Positions 29,376 to 40,821 of a stretch of DNA of 64,000 nucleotides are shown here, one piece after another. The notes under the pieces were generated by a model. The model worked only from the letters and a program-made list of their open reading frames with translations, was not told the origin of the DNA and made no database searches. Source of the stretch: a candidate division FCPU426 bacterium (GTDB lineage: Bacteria > Oederibacteriota > Muellerivitia > Muellerivitales > Muellerivitaceae). The stretch's first letter is position 1. Each line of letters begins with the position of its first letter. The stretch lies in the NCBI GenBank assembly GCA_027452205.1, contig DAIDGV010000003.1, positions 201,399 through 265,398 of the forward strand. Reading direction: 5' to 3'. The position numbers and the translations under genes were made by a program.

Positions 29376-30680
29376 TCAATACAAGCTTCCTGGATACCGA
29401 TCGCCCAATATTCGGTAATCCTTTTGTTGGATCGCCTGGACCACCTTGTCTCTTTCAGGATAAAGCGAGTTGGTATCCTTGACCGCCAAGGCATACCCCA
29501 ACTGGAAATAGACACAAAGTACAAGAACAACCTTTGTCAAAATGCCGAGAAGTTTATTTTGGGCATACCGGACATAACATTCGGAGGAATAGATCATCAA
29601 AAGTGGAAAAAGGATGTAGTAAATATGGGCCAAGGGCTTTTTGACCGTGAACCAAAAACTGATATAAACCATCACAAAACCGAAAAGCACCAACAATTTC
29701 AAGGGCCTCCAGCTTTTATTCGTCAATCTTTTCCTGAAAAATTCAATCAAAAGAACGAATGGTTGCAGCAAACCTAATATCCATAAGATCGCGCCCGGCG
29801 CTAAAAGCCACCAATGATCCAACAAAAAGCCGACCCGTGCCTTGGTGTTGATCTCGATGAACCGAGGCATCTCAAAACAAGGTATTGAAAGGTACCTGGC
29901 AAAAATAACGAACCCGTTTTTGACGTTATCCCAATTCAATCCAGAAGCGAACCCGGCCGCCGCCCCGCCTTTTGAAAGCCCATATTGAAGATAAGTTGGG
30001 ATGATCAAAGCCGCCATTGGCAACATTCCCACCAAAACCCACAACAAACTTCCAAAACGGCGTTCCCCAAATTGATAGAACAAAGAGATCATCAACAAAG
30101 GAACGAAGTAGATATAAGAAGCGTGGAACTGCATGGCCCAGCCAACGGCAAATCCCATGAGGACATTCGCAAGGCTGATGGGTACAAGGCCTAACCGGGT
30201 CATCGGAAGGGTTTCCAAAAGTCCAACAAAGAAAAGACAAGCCGACAGTAACAAATAACACGGATTCAAGATCGAAGTGCTGTAATTCAGACACCAGGGA
30301 CTTGAGCCGATCCAGACCAAGAGCCAACCAAAGGATAACTCCCGTGAACGTCGGGCGATATACCAAGCCAACAAGACAACCCCTGCCATCGATAAAATGT
30401 TGAGCGTGATATAGGGCGCTTCCGGAATAGGCAAGAGTTTGAACGAGAGTCCGATCAACAAACCTTCAAGCGCCCCAGGGATCTGGCTGGAATAGCTCGA
30501 TTCAGCCCCCGTTAGATCCGGACCGAAATAGGGCCAAGTCTGGGTGGTGTATTGTTTTAGACCGATGAGGTAGGTCTGCTTTTGGTCGTACTCTTGCCAC
30601 TTCGCGTTAAAAAGACCGAATAGAAGGCGGAAAAGAAAAAGAGCTAGGATCAAGAAGACCCAGCTGGATTTAAAGGTCAT
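29376..30680 (-). CDS. polytopic membrane protein, probably a GT-C (ArnT/PMT-like) glycosyltransferase
   Basis: Many TM segments; an acidic D and PYFGP/PG loop after the first TM helix; QFH motif. Confidence 0.5.
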   Translation of the reverse strand: MTFKSSWVFLILALFLFRLLFGLFNAKWQEYDQKQTYLIGLKQYTTQTWPYFGPDLTGAESSYSSQIPGALEGLLIGLSFKLLPIPEAPYITLNILSMAGVVLLAWYIARRSRELSFGWLLVWIGSSPWCLNYSTSILNPCYLLLSACLFFVGLLETLPMTRLGLVPISLANVLMGFAVGWAMQFHASYIYFVPLLMISLFYQFGERRFGSLLWVLVGMLPMAALIIPTYLQYGLSKGGAAAGFASGLNWDNVKNGFVIFARYLSIPCFEMPRFIEINTKARVGFLLDHWWLLAPGAILWILGLLQPFVLLIEFFRKRLTNKSWRPLKLLVLFGFVMVYISFWFTVKKPLAHIYYILFPLLMIYSSECYVRYAQNKLLGILTKVVLVLCVYFQLGYALAVKDTNSLYPERDKVVQAIQQKDYRILGDRYPGSLY

Positions 30681-30692
30681 GACCTGTCCAAA

Positions 30693-30723
30693 ATTTGATG
30701 AAGGCGGTGGGAATCGACCCACG
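30693..30723 (-). repeat. degenerate copy of the tmRNA 3' end (att-like remnant)
   Basis: CGTGGG-TCGATTCCCACCGCCTTCATCAAA versus tmRNA CGTGGGTTCGATTCCCACCGCCTCCACCAAA. Confidence 0.8.
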
Positions 30724-30819
30724 GAACATTCACAGGGGAAAGGCCCCCTGTGTACCCCTTTAACATCCGGAAAAACTCCCGTTTTCCCGAACCCTTTCCC
30801 GGTGGGTTCGGCGGAATTT

Positions 30820-31164
30820 TGGTGGAGGCGGTGGGAATCGAACCCACGTCCTGAAAATCATCCGTAATGGGCACTACGTGCGTAGCTCAAGAAAGAGTCT
30901 CACCCCCCGCTCGCTCTCGAGCGGCCGGCGGAGAGCCAGTCCCATTGTTTCTCGCCCGGCCATCGGTGGAACAACCCTGATCCGGACCAACCTATTGCTT
31001 ACGTTCCATCCCCCTAATAGGTATCAGAGGCGAAACGCTTACCGCATTAAGCGGCGAGAGCTAACTGGTTATCGGCAGTTATACCGTTTGCCATGTTTGA
31101 CGAGCGATGGCGTCCTCGACACGCACCCAAAAGTTCAGCTTCCCAGTCGAAACCGGTCGCCCCC
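30820..31164 (-). ncRNA. ssrA: tmRNA, tag peptide (A)ADNQLALAA*
   Basis: 5' GGGGGCG...TTCGAC; 3' T-arm GTTCGATTC and CGCCTCCACCA with G3:U70; ATAACT followed by GCC GAT AAC CAG TTA GCT CTC GCC GCT TAA. Confidence 0.97.
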
Positions 31165-31200
31165 TCCTTTACAAAGGTGTTAATGAACAACGGGGCTACT

Positions 31201-31497
31201 TTAAGGCTTTAAGCCTAATTTCTCAAGGATAGCCGGTATATCGGCCAATTCAGTGTGCTTGAGCCACAAATTATCAGGCTGGATCAAAACATTGGCACCT
31301 TCTTCACAAACGTCCAGACAACCAGACTTGACCACTCGTATCTCTTTCGCCATGCCCGCCGACTTGACCGCTTCCTTTAGTGAAGCGTGTAATTCCTTAC
31401 CGCAAAAGTCTTTCCCACATGAGACCCGGGAACCATCCAAACGTTCATTGGTACAAACAAGGACATGTTTTTTGAACTGCGGTTCCGCCTGTTCCAT
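31201..31497 (-). CDS. thioredoxin-like [2Fe-2S] ferredoxin
   Basis: HVLVCTNER...SC...SGCLDVCEEG. Confidence 0.85.
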   Translation of the reverse strand: MEQAEPQFKKHVLVCTNERLDGSRVSCGKDFCGKELHASLKEAVKSAGMAKEIRVVKSGCLDVCEEGANVLIQPDNLWLKHTELADIPAILEKLGLKP

Positions 31498-31910
31498 CAC
31501 TCTCCCATCACTTTCACGATGACCCGTTTTTTTCGCCGGCCATCGAATTCCGCGTAATAAATTTGCTGCCAGGTCCCAAAATCAAGCTTACCCTTGGTGA
31601 TCGGAACGACCACTTCATGATGGACCAAAATGCTTTTCAAATGAGAGTCGCCGTTATCCTCACCGGTTTGGTGATGTTTGTAATCCGGGTTGAAGGGCGC
31701 GAGCTTTTCAAGCCACTCGTCGATATCCTCGATCAAACCTTCTTCAGCGTCGTTCACATAGACCCCGGCGGTGATATGCATGGCCGAAACCAGTGCCATT
31801 CCCTCTTGCACGCCGCTTTTGCGCACAGCTGCTTCAACTTCATTGGTGATATTGATGTAGTCCCTATGCTTGACCGTCTCGAACCAAAGATATTCGGTTA
31901 GAACTTTCAT
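31497..31910 (-). CDS. yjbQ: YjbQ (UPF0047) family protein
   Basis: HITAG, NGDSHLK and GTWQQI...EFDG. Confidence 0.9.
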   Translation of the reverse strand: MKVLTEYLWFETVKHRDYINITNEVEAAVRKSGVQEGMALVSAMHITAGVYVNDAEEGLIEDIDEWLEKLAPFNPDYKHHQTGEDNGDSHLKSILVHHEVVVPITKGKLDFGTWQQIYYAEFDGRRKKRVIVKVMGE

Positions 31911-31928
31911 TCTTTAACTCCACATTAT

Positions 31929-32609
31929 CTATCTAAACACCGAACGTTTCTTTTGATAAACACCGCTTTTTCTTGGAGTCTTTTTTATTAATTTAAATTC
32001 CTCAAGTATGTTCAGAACATCATCAGAGTCATCTTTTCTTAACCGAGTTCCTCTAATTAAAGATTTCACGTTATCGTAATTAACAATGTCGTGATCTCGA
32101 AAATGAGCCATAACTCGCAAAGCCAACAGACGCTTCTTTTCGTGTTTGGAATCGCTATCAGGAATTTTCTTCCAAATCCTTTTAACCCAATACTCTTTAG
32201 TGAGAATATTTTGAACAAGCGCATCACCCAATCCAGCATCCACTTTATAATCATAAGACGTGTATTCCAATCGTTGCAAACCACGGATATCAGACGGCAC
32301 TTCATTAGATCTTCTCGTATTCAAAAGAATGTAATAATTTTTACCTGGTGAACTTTTCAATCCTTCGGCCAACCCCAATTCTAAAGCAACATTTGGGTTC
32401 CAATTAGAGAGATCAAAAATCGAATAATCAGCCGTGTTAATACTCGACTTCATTACCTTCAATAGATGCTTAGTTTGAACATCGGTATTTCCGTAAATAA
32501 CTTCGAAAGGTAATTCTTTAAATATTTTTCTGAATTTTTTTGCAGGAAATCTACCGCTAAAAGGATGGCCCACAAAAACTTTTGGCATTCTGGTACGAAC
32601 ACGAGCCAT
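31929..32609 (-). CDS. AT-rich NDT/TIR-like nucleotide-processing domain protein with basic C-terminal helical region
   Basis: KVFVGHPF, ADYSIFDLSNWNPNVALELGLA and PSDIRG; 15/60 GC at 31981-32040. Confidence 0.6.
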   Translation of the reverse strand: MARVRTRMPKVFVGHPFSGRFPAKKFRKIFKELPFEVIYGNTDVQTKHLLKVMKSSINTADYSIFDLSNWNPNVALELGLAEGLKSSPGKNYYILLNTRRSNEVPSDIRGLQRLEYTSYDYKVDAGLGDALVQNILTKEYWVKRIWKKIPDSDSKHEKKRLLALRVMAHFRDHDIVNYDNVKSLIRGTRLRKDDSDDVLNILEEFKLIKKTPRKSGVYQKKRSVFR

Positions 32610-32628
32610 ACGTTTTCCTTTGGTAAAT

Positions 32629-33036
32629 CTAAATTATCGATTCTTCATCGAATTGTTCTTCGGCATTGAGCACCCAAGAACGCATCGAGGCGAATTTACC
32701 TTTTTGAATGGACATGATGATGTAGGAAAAACCCGGCCAGGCGGCCTGACGGTCTGTCTCGGAGGCTTTATCCGGATGGTCCGGGTGCGAGTGGAAGATA
32801 CCGATGACATCCAACCCCTTTTGCCGGGCCAAAGCTTCTCCTTTGAGGTAATCCTTAGGGTCCATGTCATAGCGGGTCTCGGGCTTGAGCTTGTTCAGGT
32901 TACCGCATTCGAACACTTCCGTCACCAAACGAACATTCCCGGCCTCGCCGAACATAAGACCGCAGATCTCATGTGGGAAACCCTTTTCACCGATAGCGAT
33001 CATTTGATCCTTTGCGTTTTTTTCAAATTTAATCAC
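32629..33036 (-). CDS. JAB/MPN+ (M67) metallopeptidase, Mec-like
   Basis: PHEICG and FHSHPDHPDKASETD (JAMM motif); near cysM. Confidence 0.9.
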   Translation of the reverse strand: MIKFEKNAKDQMIAIGEKGFPHEICGLMFGEAGNVRLVTEVFECGNLNKLKPETRYDMDPKDYLKGEALARQKGLDVIGIFHSHPDHPDKASETDRQAAWPGFSYIIMSIQKGKFASMRSWVLNAEEQFDEESII

Positions 33037-33044
33037 ATTAGCTC

Positions 33045-34028
33045 CTAAAAGCTTCCCGTTTGTAATCTTTCACGATTGTAACGATTAGATATTTTTATCG
33101 ATCTAGGACAAAACGAGCTTTCTAAATCTAAGTTTTTAATTTTTTTAAGTCTTTCAAAATAACTAGTTGCTTGATCGGTTTTCCCGAGGTTGTTCGAAAT
33201 TTCCCAACAATTGGCAATTGCATCAAAATCATTAGGGCTTTTTTTCAGATAGTCATCAAAGCCTTTTAACGACTGTAATCTAATTTTTTCAATTTCTTCT
33301 TTCTTGTCCGTCGAGAATTGAGAATCATACAAGTCTAAACACTTAACAAAGTCATCTTTAACCTCTTCGAATCGCTCCCCGTTCCATTTACAAACCACTT
33401 CACGAAAAATTTCCGTTGAGTTTCCTGCTGCGCCTACAAAAGCACCTCGGTAACTGATTAGAATCGGTTTCCCGCTTCTCTCCTCAACCGAACTCACACC
33501 ACCATATCCACTTGCCTCAAAAACACTTGAAAATTTCGATCCATCGTATTTAAAAACATTTACCTTTGTACTGTTGGCGCCAACCAGTGAATAAAAAATG
33601 AGCTGTTTTTTTCCAGCATCAATTAAATCGAACAATTCCATGTTCTGGAAACCTTCCCCCAGCGTCTCTACTTGTACTAGTTTCCATTTTTTGTCGGATA
33701 GCTTGTAATAACAAAAACCATCAAATATCAGCAATCCCGATTTGCTGTAAGCATTAATTAAAACGATAAGATCAGAATCCGGTCCCGAATAACTAAAAAC
33801 TCCACTAGATACAACTTTATATTCGTCAACCTGGTTGCCATCATCCGACTTTTCTCCAAGATATGGCTCCAGTTTGAGTGCGCCTGCCATCACATTAAAT
33901 GTCCGTCCATTTTTTAAGACAACAGGCAAATCGATTGTTTCCTTAGGGAAGCCCGGGCCGACGCAAAGAAAAAGGAACAACATTAAATAAAAAATTCTTC
34001 GTTGATAAAAACCAGTCTCAACCTTCAT
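33045..34028 (-). CDS. AT-rich hypothetical exported protein with a C-terminal TPR-like segment
   Basis: 327-aa ORF with hydrophobic N-terminus; ATGA overlap with cysM; low GC. Confidence 0.65.
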   Translation of the reverse strand: MKVETGFYQRRIFYLMLFLFLCVGPGFPKETIDLPVVLKNGRTFNVMAGALKLEPYLGEKSDDGNQVDEYKVVSSGVFSYSGPDSDLIVLINAYSKSGLLIFDGFCYYKLSDKKWKLVQVETLGEGFQNMELFDLIDAGKKQLIFYSLVGANSTKVNVFKYDGSKFSSVFEASGYGGVSSVEERSGKPILISYRGAFVGAAGNSTEIFREVVCKWNGERFEEVKDDFVKCLDLYDSQFSTDKKEEIEKIRLQSLKGFDDYLKKSPNDFDAIANCWEISNNLGKTDQATSYFERLKKIKNLDLESSFCPRSIKISNRYNRERLQTGSF

Positions 34029-34945
34029 TCCCAGACCCTTGTCGAAAGATATTTGTCCCCCGAATCCGGGAAGACGGTCACGATGCAGCCTTGTTTGATT
34101 TCTCTAGCTAAACGCGAGCAAGAGGCCATAGCACCACCGCTAGAAAGGCCCACCAAAAGACCTTCTTCCCGGGCCAAGCGCTTGACCATTTCATAAGACT
34201 CTTCGGTATCCATCGGGATCTTCCGGTCATAAACTTTTGGATCGTAAATACCCGGTACTATGGAAGAGGCCATGTGTTTAAGACCTTCCAAACCATGGAA
34301 AGGCTCGGCGGGTTCCAAAGCGACGATCTGTACCGACGGTTTCAATTCTTTGATCCGACGTCCAGTGCCCATCAAGGTACCACTGGTACCGATACCCGCA
34401 GCGAAATGGGTGATCCTGTCTCCCATATATTCCATGATCTCCTCGGCGGTGGTAAGACTATGTGCCTTGGGGTTTTCGGGATTGTTGTACTGGTCCGGTA
34501 CAAAATAGCGGTTGGGGTCTTTTTTATATAGTTCGCGGGCCAGCAGAATGGCTCCATCAGAACCGTCCATCTCGCTGGAATAGTGCACTTCGGCGTTATA
34601 GGATTTAAGGATACGTTTGCGTTCCTCGCTGCAATTGGCCGGAATGGCCAAAACCACTTTATAGCCCAAGGCCGCGCCGATCATGGCCAGGGCGATGCCC
34701 GTGTTACCCGAAGTCGCGTCCAAGATGCACTTGTCCTTGGTCAACTTGCCCGACTTGATGCCTTCTTGGATCATCCGCAAGGCCGGGCGGTCCTTGACCG
34801 AACCGCCGGGGTTGAACGATTCCATCTTGGCATAGATCTCCACCCCAGGAACATTATGCAAATGAACCTGTATAAGTGGCGTATGACCGACCAATTCGGT
34901 CACCGATTCATAGATGCGGGGTGGGTTTTGAAAAGCAGTCGCCAA
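34025..34945 (-). CDS. cysM: PLP-dependent cysteine synthase (CysM-like)
   Basis: NPGGSVKDR, ATSGNTG and GTSGT; TTG at 34945 chosen from GGAG RBS. Confidence 0.85.
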   Translation of the reverse strand: MATAFQNPPRIYESVTELVGHTPLIQVHLHNVPGVEIYAKMESFNPGGSVKDRPALRMIQEGIKSGKLTKDKCILDATSGNTGIALAMIGAALGYKVVLAIPANCSEERKRILKSYNAEVHYSSEMDGSDGAILLARELYKKDPNRYFVPDQYNNPENPKAHSLTTAEEIMEYMGDRITHFAAGIGTSGTLMGTGRRIKELKPSVQIVALEPAEPFHGLEGLKHMASSIVPGIYDPKVYDRKIPMDTEESYEMVKRLAREEGLLVGLSSGGAMASCSRLAREIKQGCIVTVFPDSGDKYLSTRVWE

Positions 34946-34957
34946 AAGAGCGCTCCA

Positions 34958-34998
34958 AAAAGAAAAGGCCTTCAAGCCAAAGCTTGAAGGCCTTTTTC
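34958..34998. terminator. intrinsic terminator after eno, potentially bidirectional
   Basis: AAAAGGCCTTCAAGC-CAAA-GCTTGAAGGCCTTTT perfect inverted repeat. Confidence 0.85.
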
Positions 34999-35002
34999 GG
35001 CA

Positions 35003-36887
<1,885 letters not shown>

Positions 36888-36979
36888 GTGGAACTCCCGA
36901 ATGAGCGTTGTACTACCGGCGGATTATACACGAGGGATTGATGGTATCAAAAGAGAAACAACCTAGGGGTGGGGCTTCT

Positions 36980-37840
36980 TTAGGGGACGATTTCGGTCCC
37001 CACACCTTGCGGGGTGAAGATTTCCAACAAAAGCGCATGGGGTAAGGTGCCATTGATGATATGGGTCTTGTGGACCCCTGATTTAACTGCGTGTAAACAA
37101 GCTTCCACTTTAGGAATCATCCCCCCTGAAATGACGCCGGATTTGACGAGCTTCGGCACATCCTTGGCTTTAATGCTCGACATCAAGCTCTTGGGGTCTT
37201 CTTTCTTTTTGCAAATTCCCGGAACATCGGTCAAAAACACCAACTTTTCGGCTTTCAAAGCCCCCGCGATGGCTCCCGCCGCTTCATCCGCGTTCACGTT
37301 ATAGGTCTTGCCATCCGGCCCCATTCCCAGGGGGGCGATGACCGGGATGAATTGTTCTTTGTCCAGGATATCCAGAACCGCCGTGTTCACTTTGGAGACC
37401 TTGCCCACATACCCCAGGTCCTTCCCCGATTTGGACTTGGCCTTGGTCGCCTGGAGCAAGGCCCCATCCTTGCCTGAAAGACCGACCGCCTGTCCGCCTA
37501 ATTGCTGGATCGTGCTGACCAGTTCTTTATTGATCTTCCCGCCCAGGACCATCTCGACCACTTCAATGGTCGAAAGATCGGTCACCCGAAGTCCATCCAC
37601 AAAGGTGGACTTGATACCCAGTTTCTCGGTCAACCGGGTAATGTCTTTACCGCCGCCATGCACCACCACTGGGCGCATCCCGACGAATTTCATGAGCACG
37701 ATATCTTGCAAAGTGTTCTTCAACTCTTCAGCGCCCGAGCGGGTGCTGCCACCATACTTCACCACTACCGTGGTGCCGTACCATTGGCGGATATAAGGAA
37801 AAGCCTCGATCAGAATGTTGGCTTTGTCGACCGGTTGCAT
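36980..37840 (-). CDS. argB: acetylglutamate kinase
   Basis: VVKYGG, VVHGGG, YNVNAD and GGMIPKV. Confidence 0.95.
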   Translation of the reverse strand: MQPVDKANILIEAFPYIRQWYGTTVVVKYGGSTRSGAEELKNTLQDIVLMKFVGMRPVVVHGGGKDITRLTEKLGIKSTFVDGLRVTDLSTIEVVEMVLGGKINKELVSTIQQLGGQAVGLSGKDGALLQATKAKSKSGKDLGYVGKVSKVNTAVLDILDKEQFIPVIAPLGMGPDGKTYNVNADEAAGAIAGALKAEKLVFLTDVPGICKKKEDPKSLMSSIKAKDVPKLVKSGVISGGMIPKVEACLHAVKSGVHKTHIINGTLPHALLLEIFTPQGVGTEIVP

Positions 37841-40221
37841 CAGTCAAAACTCCCCAAGGCGGGCGGCGGAGCCACCGGCGCCGCGATAGCGGGCGTGCCA
37901 TCCTCTTTGTTCGAGAATTCTTTGTAATCGCATTCCTTGTTAGGACAGGCGATGTGAGGTCCGAAGGTCTTATTGTACTTTTCGATCAAATAGGGCGTCG
38001 CGCACTGGGGACAAGCGCGGTTGACCGGCTTGTTCCAGGACACGAATTTGCAATCCGGGTATTTGTTGCAACCATAGAAAACACCCCGATGGGATCCACG
38101 GGAAACAACTTCCCCACCGCAGCCCAAAGGACAGGGAATCTTGAGTGAGATCGGCTTTGCTGTTTTACACTCAGGGTAACGTGAGCAAGCCAAAAATTTC
38201 CCAAAACGCCCCATCTTCACCACCATCGCCGCGCCGCAATTAGGGCACTTCTCGTCGGTAATGGCGTCGGTGTCGATCTGAATGGACCCATCCGTCGTTT
38301 CTTTCAGGCTCTTGGTGTTCTGGCAGGCCGGATACTGGGAACAAGCCAGGAATTTTCCGTGGCGACCCCACTTCACGATCATCATCTTTCCGCACTTCTC
38401 GCAAGGGATGTCCGTGACCTGTTCGATCTTGGCCTTTTCCTCACCGATCAACTTTTCCGCTTCGGCCAAGGTATCTTTAAAAGGAATATAGAATTCGCCG
38501 ATGACATTGCGCCATTCCATTTCGCCGGATTCAACCTGGTCAAGTTGGCCTTCCATTTTGGCCGTGAACGCGTAATCCAAGATCACCGGGAAGTTCTTCA
38601 TGAGGATCTCAAGGACCAAGTTGCCCAATTCAGCCAGAAAGAACCGGCCGCCTTCTTTTTTGACATACCGTCTCGCCTGAATGGTTTCCAAGGTGGGCGC
38701 GTAAGTGGACGGACGACCGATTCCCATTTCTTCCAAGGTCTTGATCATCGAAGCGTCGGTGAAGCGCGGAGGAGGTTGAGTAAAATGCTGTTCCATGACC
38801 GGCTCTTTCCAGGTCATGCCTTGCCCTTCTTCGATTCCCGACAATTTATTGGCGGTCACTTGCTTGGTTTGTTCCTCGTCGTTGCCCGGTTCACTGCCTT
38901 CTTTTTTGTCTTCATCGGCGGCTTCTTCATAAACCTTGGTAAAACCATCGAACACCGTGGCGGTGCCGGTAGCCCTAAAGGTCACGTTATCGCCGGTGAT
39001 TTCAACGCTGGTCTCGCGGTACTGGGCCGAGGCCATTTGGCTGGCCATGAAATCTTCCCAGACGAGCTGGTACAGCTTGAATTGTTCGGGGGTCAGAAAG
39101 GTCTTCATCTTTTCGGGCGTGCGATAAGCCGAGGTCGGACGGATCGCTTCGTGGGCGTCTTGGATCTTGTTCTTGCTGGCCGCATCACGGTCACCCGGGC
39201 TTAAATATTGCTCACCGTAGGTTTCTTTGATGTATTTGGCGGCCTCGGCCTTGGCATCGGGCGAGATACGCTTCGAGTCCGTACGCATATAGGTAATTAA
39301 CCCGACCGGCGCGGATTCACCGATCTCAATACCTTCATATAAACCCTGGGCAATGGACATGGTCTTCCGGGCCCCAAAGCGCAATTGCTTATAGGACTCC
39401 TGTTGCATCTTGGAAGTCGTAAAGGGCATCGGTGGTTTTTTGGACTTATCGCGGTGTAACACCGCCGAAACTTTAAAATCAGCCTTTTCGACCCGCTTCA
39501 CCAAAGCTTCGCTTTCGGCCTGGGTCTTCAATTCCGGCTTTTGGCCATCTACCTTGGCCAGCTTGGTACGGATGGTCTTTTCCTTCTCGGTCAAGAAGTC
39601 CGCTTCCAAGGTCCAATACTCAACGGGCACAAAACTTCCGATCTCTTTTTCACGCTCATAGATCAACCGAAGGGCAACGGACTGCACCCGGCCCGCGGAC
39701 AACCCACGACGGATGTTCTTCCATAAAAGAGGACTGATACCGTAACCCACTAACCGATCCAATACCCGGCGCGCTTGCTGGGCATTGACCATGTTCAGGT
39801 CGACCTGGCTTGGCGTCTTGATGGCTTCTTCAATAGCTGGCTTGGTGATCTCATTCAAACGCAACCGATAGATCTGCGGGACCTTCTTAGGCATAGCCGC
39901 GAGAAAGTTACCGATATGCCATCCGATCGCTTCCCCTTCACGGTCCGGGTCAGCGGCCAGATAGACCACACTGGCTTTCTGTGCGGCCTTTTTAAGTTCC
40001 TTGATAATGGAGGCTTTACCCCGGATCGGGATGTACTGAGGCTCGAAGTTATCCTCAACATTGACTCCCAGCTTGCTCTTCGGCAGGTCGATCAAATGCC
40101 CTTTGGAGGCCAGCACCACATAATCGGACCCTAAGTATTTGTTGATGGTCTTGGCCTTGGAAGGCGATTCGACGATGACTAGTTTTTTGCTTTCTTTGAC
40201 TTTCGCCTTGGCTTTGGCCAC
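37840..40221 (-). CDS. topA: DNA topoisomerase I with C-terminal zinc ribbons
   Basis: LVIVESPSKAKTI, DPDREGEAI, SAGRVQS and ITYMRTDS; C4 zinc fingers. Confidence 0.97.
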   Translation of the reverse strand: MAKAKAKVKESKKLVIVESPSKAKTINKYLGSDYVVLASKGHLIDLPKSKLGVNVEDNFEPQYIPIRGKASIIKELKKAAQKASVVYLAADPDREGEAIGWHIGNFLAAMPKKVPQIYRLRLNEITKPAIEEAIKTPSQVDLNMVNAQQARRVLDRLVGYGISPLLWKNIRRGLSAGRVQSVALRLIYEREKEIGSFVPVEYWTLEADFLTEKEKTIRTKLAKVDGQKPELKTQAESEALVKRVEKADFKVSAVLHRDKSKKPPMPFTTSKMQQESYKQLRFGARKTMSIAQGLYEGIEIGESAPVGLITYMRTDSKRISPDAKAEAAKYIKETYGEQYLSPGDRDAASKNKIQDAHEAIRPTSAYRTPEKMKTFLTPEQFKLYQLVWEDFMASQMASAQYRETSVEITGDNVTFRATGTATVFDGFTKVYEEAADEDKKEGSEPGNDEEQTKQVTANKLSGIEEGQGMTWKEPVMEQHFTQPPPRFTDASMIKTLEEMGIGRPSTYAPTLETIQARRYVKKEGGRFFLAELGNLVLEILMKNFPVILDYAFTAKMEGQLDQVESGEMEWRNVIGEFYIPFKDTLAEAEKLIGEEKAKIEQVTDIPCEKCGKMMIVKWGRHGKFLACSQYPACQNTKSLKETTDGSIQIDTDAITDEKCPNCGAAMVVKMGRFGKFLACSRYPECKTAKPISLKIPCPLGCGGEVVSRGSHRGVFYGCNKYPDCKFVSWNKPVNRACPQCATPYLIEKYNKTFGPHIACPNKECDYKEFSNKEDGTPAIAAPVAPPPALGSFD

Positions 40222-40280
40222 GTTAGGGTCTCCAGGTTTTCAAAATCCGCTGAAAAAAAGGCTTTTTGAGCATTGGCGCA

Positions 40281-40309
40281 AGAATAGGCATGGTTTTTAG
40301 CTTTGTCAA
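40281..40309 (-). promoter_or_regulatory. sigma70 promoter for topA-argB
   Basis: TTGACA-17 nt-TATTCT. Confidence 0.65.
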
Positions 40310-40460
40310 GTTTTCAACTCTTTCGGACCCCTCCATCAAGCGTTGAACCTTTACCCTTTTCGGGCGAATTGAGGGAGAATCGGATGCCCGGACAACTCAA
40401 ATAATTTGCGCTGTCTCGACAAACGGATACAATAACCTTACTTTGATTACCGGGTGGGAC

Positions 40461-40820
40461 ATGAAAAAGTTTTTAGGGATCATACTATTTGTGTTGGTGG
40501 TTTACGGTTGCACGGCCAATCCAACGACATCGAACCCAACCGTTACTCAAACATTGACATTGAACTGTTCTACCGCGAACATCCAGGTTTCCGGCACATT
40601 TTATGATATCAGTTCGCCGGCGACCGTCTTATTTCCTAGCGGAGGCGGCACCAGCGGATGCCCCTGCTCTTTTAATTTCACCACCGGCAAACACGATACC
40701 GTTGATTTCAAAGTAACTTTCAGTTCGCAGTGCACCTTCAGTTACACTCTCGGTTCTACTTCCAGTTCGGCGAGTACCGACTCCAACGGCAATTACACCA
40801 GCCCCGAGATCACCTTCTAA
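40461..40820 (+). CDS. small Ser/Thr-rich lipoprotein
   Basis: MKKFLGIILFVLVVYG-C lipobox-like signal; fills the dprA-topA gap. Confidence 0.7.
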   Translation: MKKFLGIILFVLVVYGCTANPTTSNPTVTQTLTLNCSTANIQVSGTFYDISSPATVLFPSGGGTSGCPCSFNFTTGKHDTVDFKVTFSSQCTFSYTLGSTSSSASTDSNGNYTSPEITF

Positions 40821-40821
40821 A

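Noticed and set aside
30677..31183. Short ORFs around 30.7-31.2 kb, and the 30722 start for the membrane protein
   Set aside because: They overlap tmRNA or its 3'-end repeat; ATG 30680 is preferred as the start.
31929..33036. CBASS-like system (JAB next to a TIR-like gene)
   Set aside because: No CD-NTase or E1/E2 gene is present. The JAB gene has host-like composition and sits near cysM, which fits Mec better.
36955..36975. NrdR box upstream of nrdR
   Set aside because: Too many mismatches to the acaCwAtATaTwGtgt consensus, and no tandem partner site.
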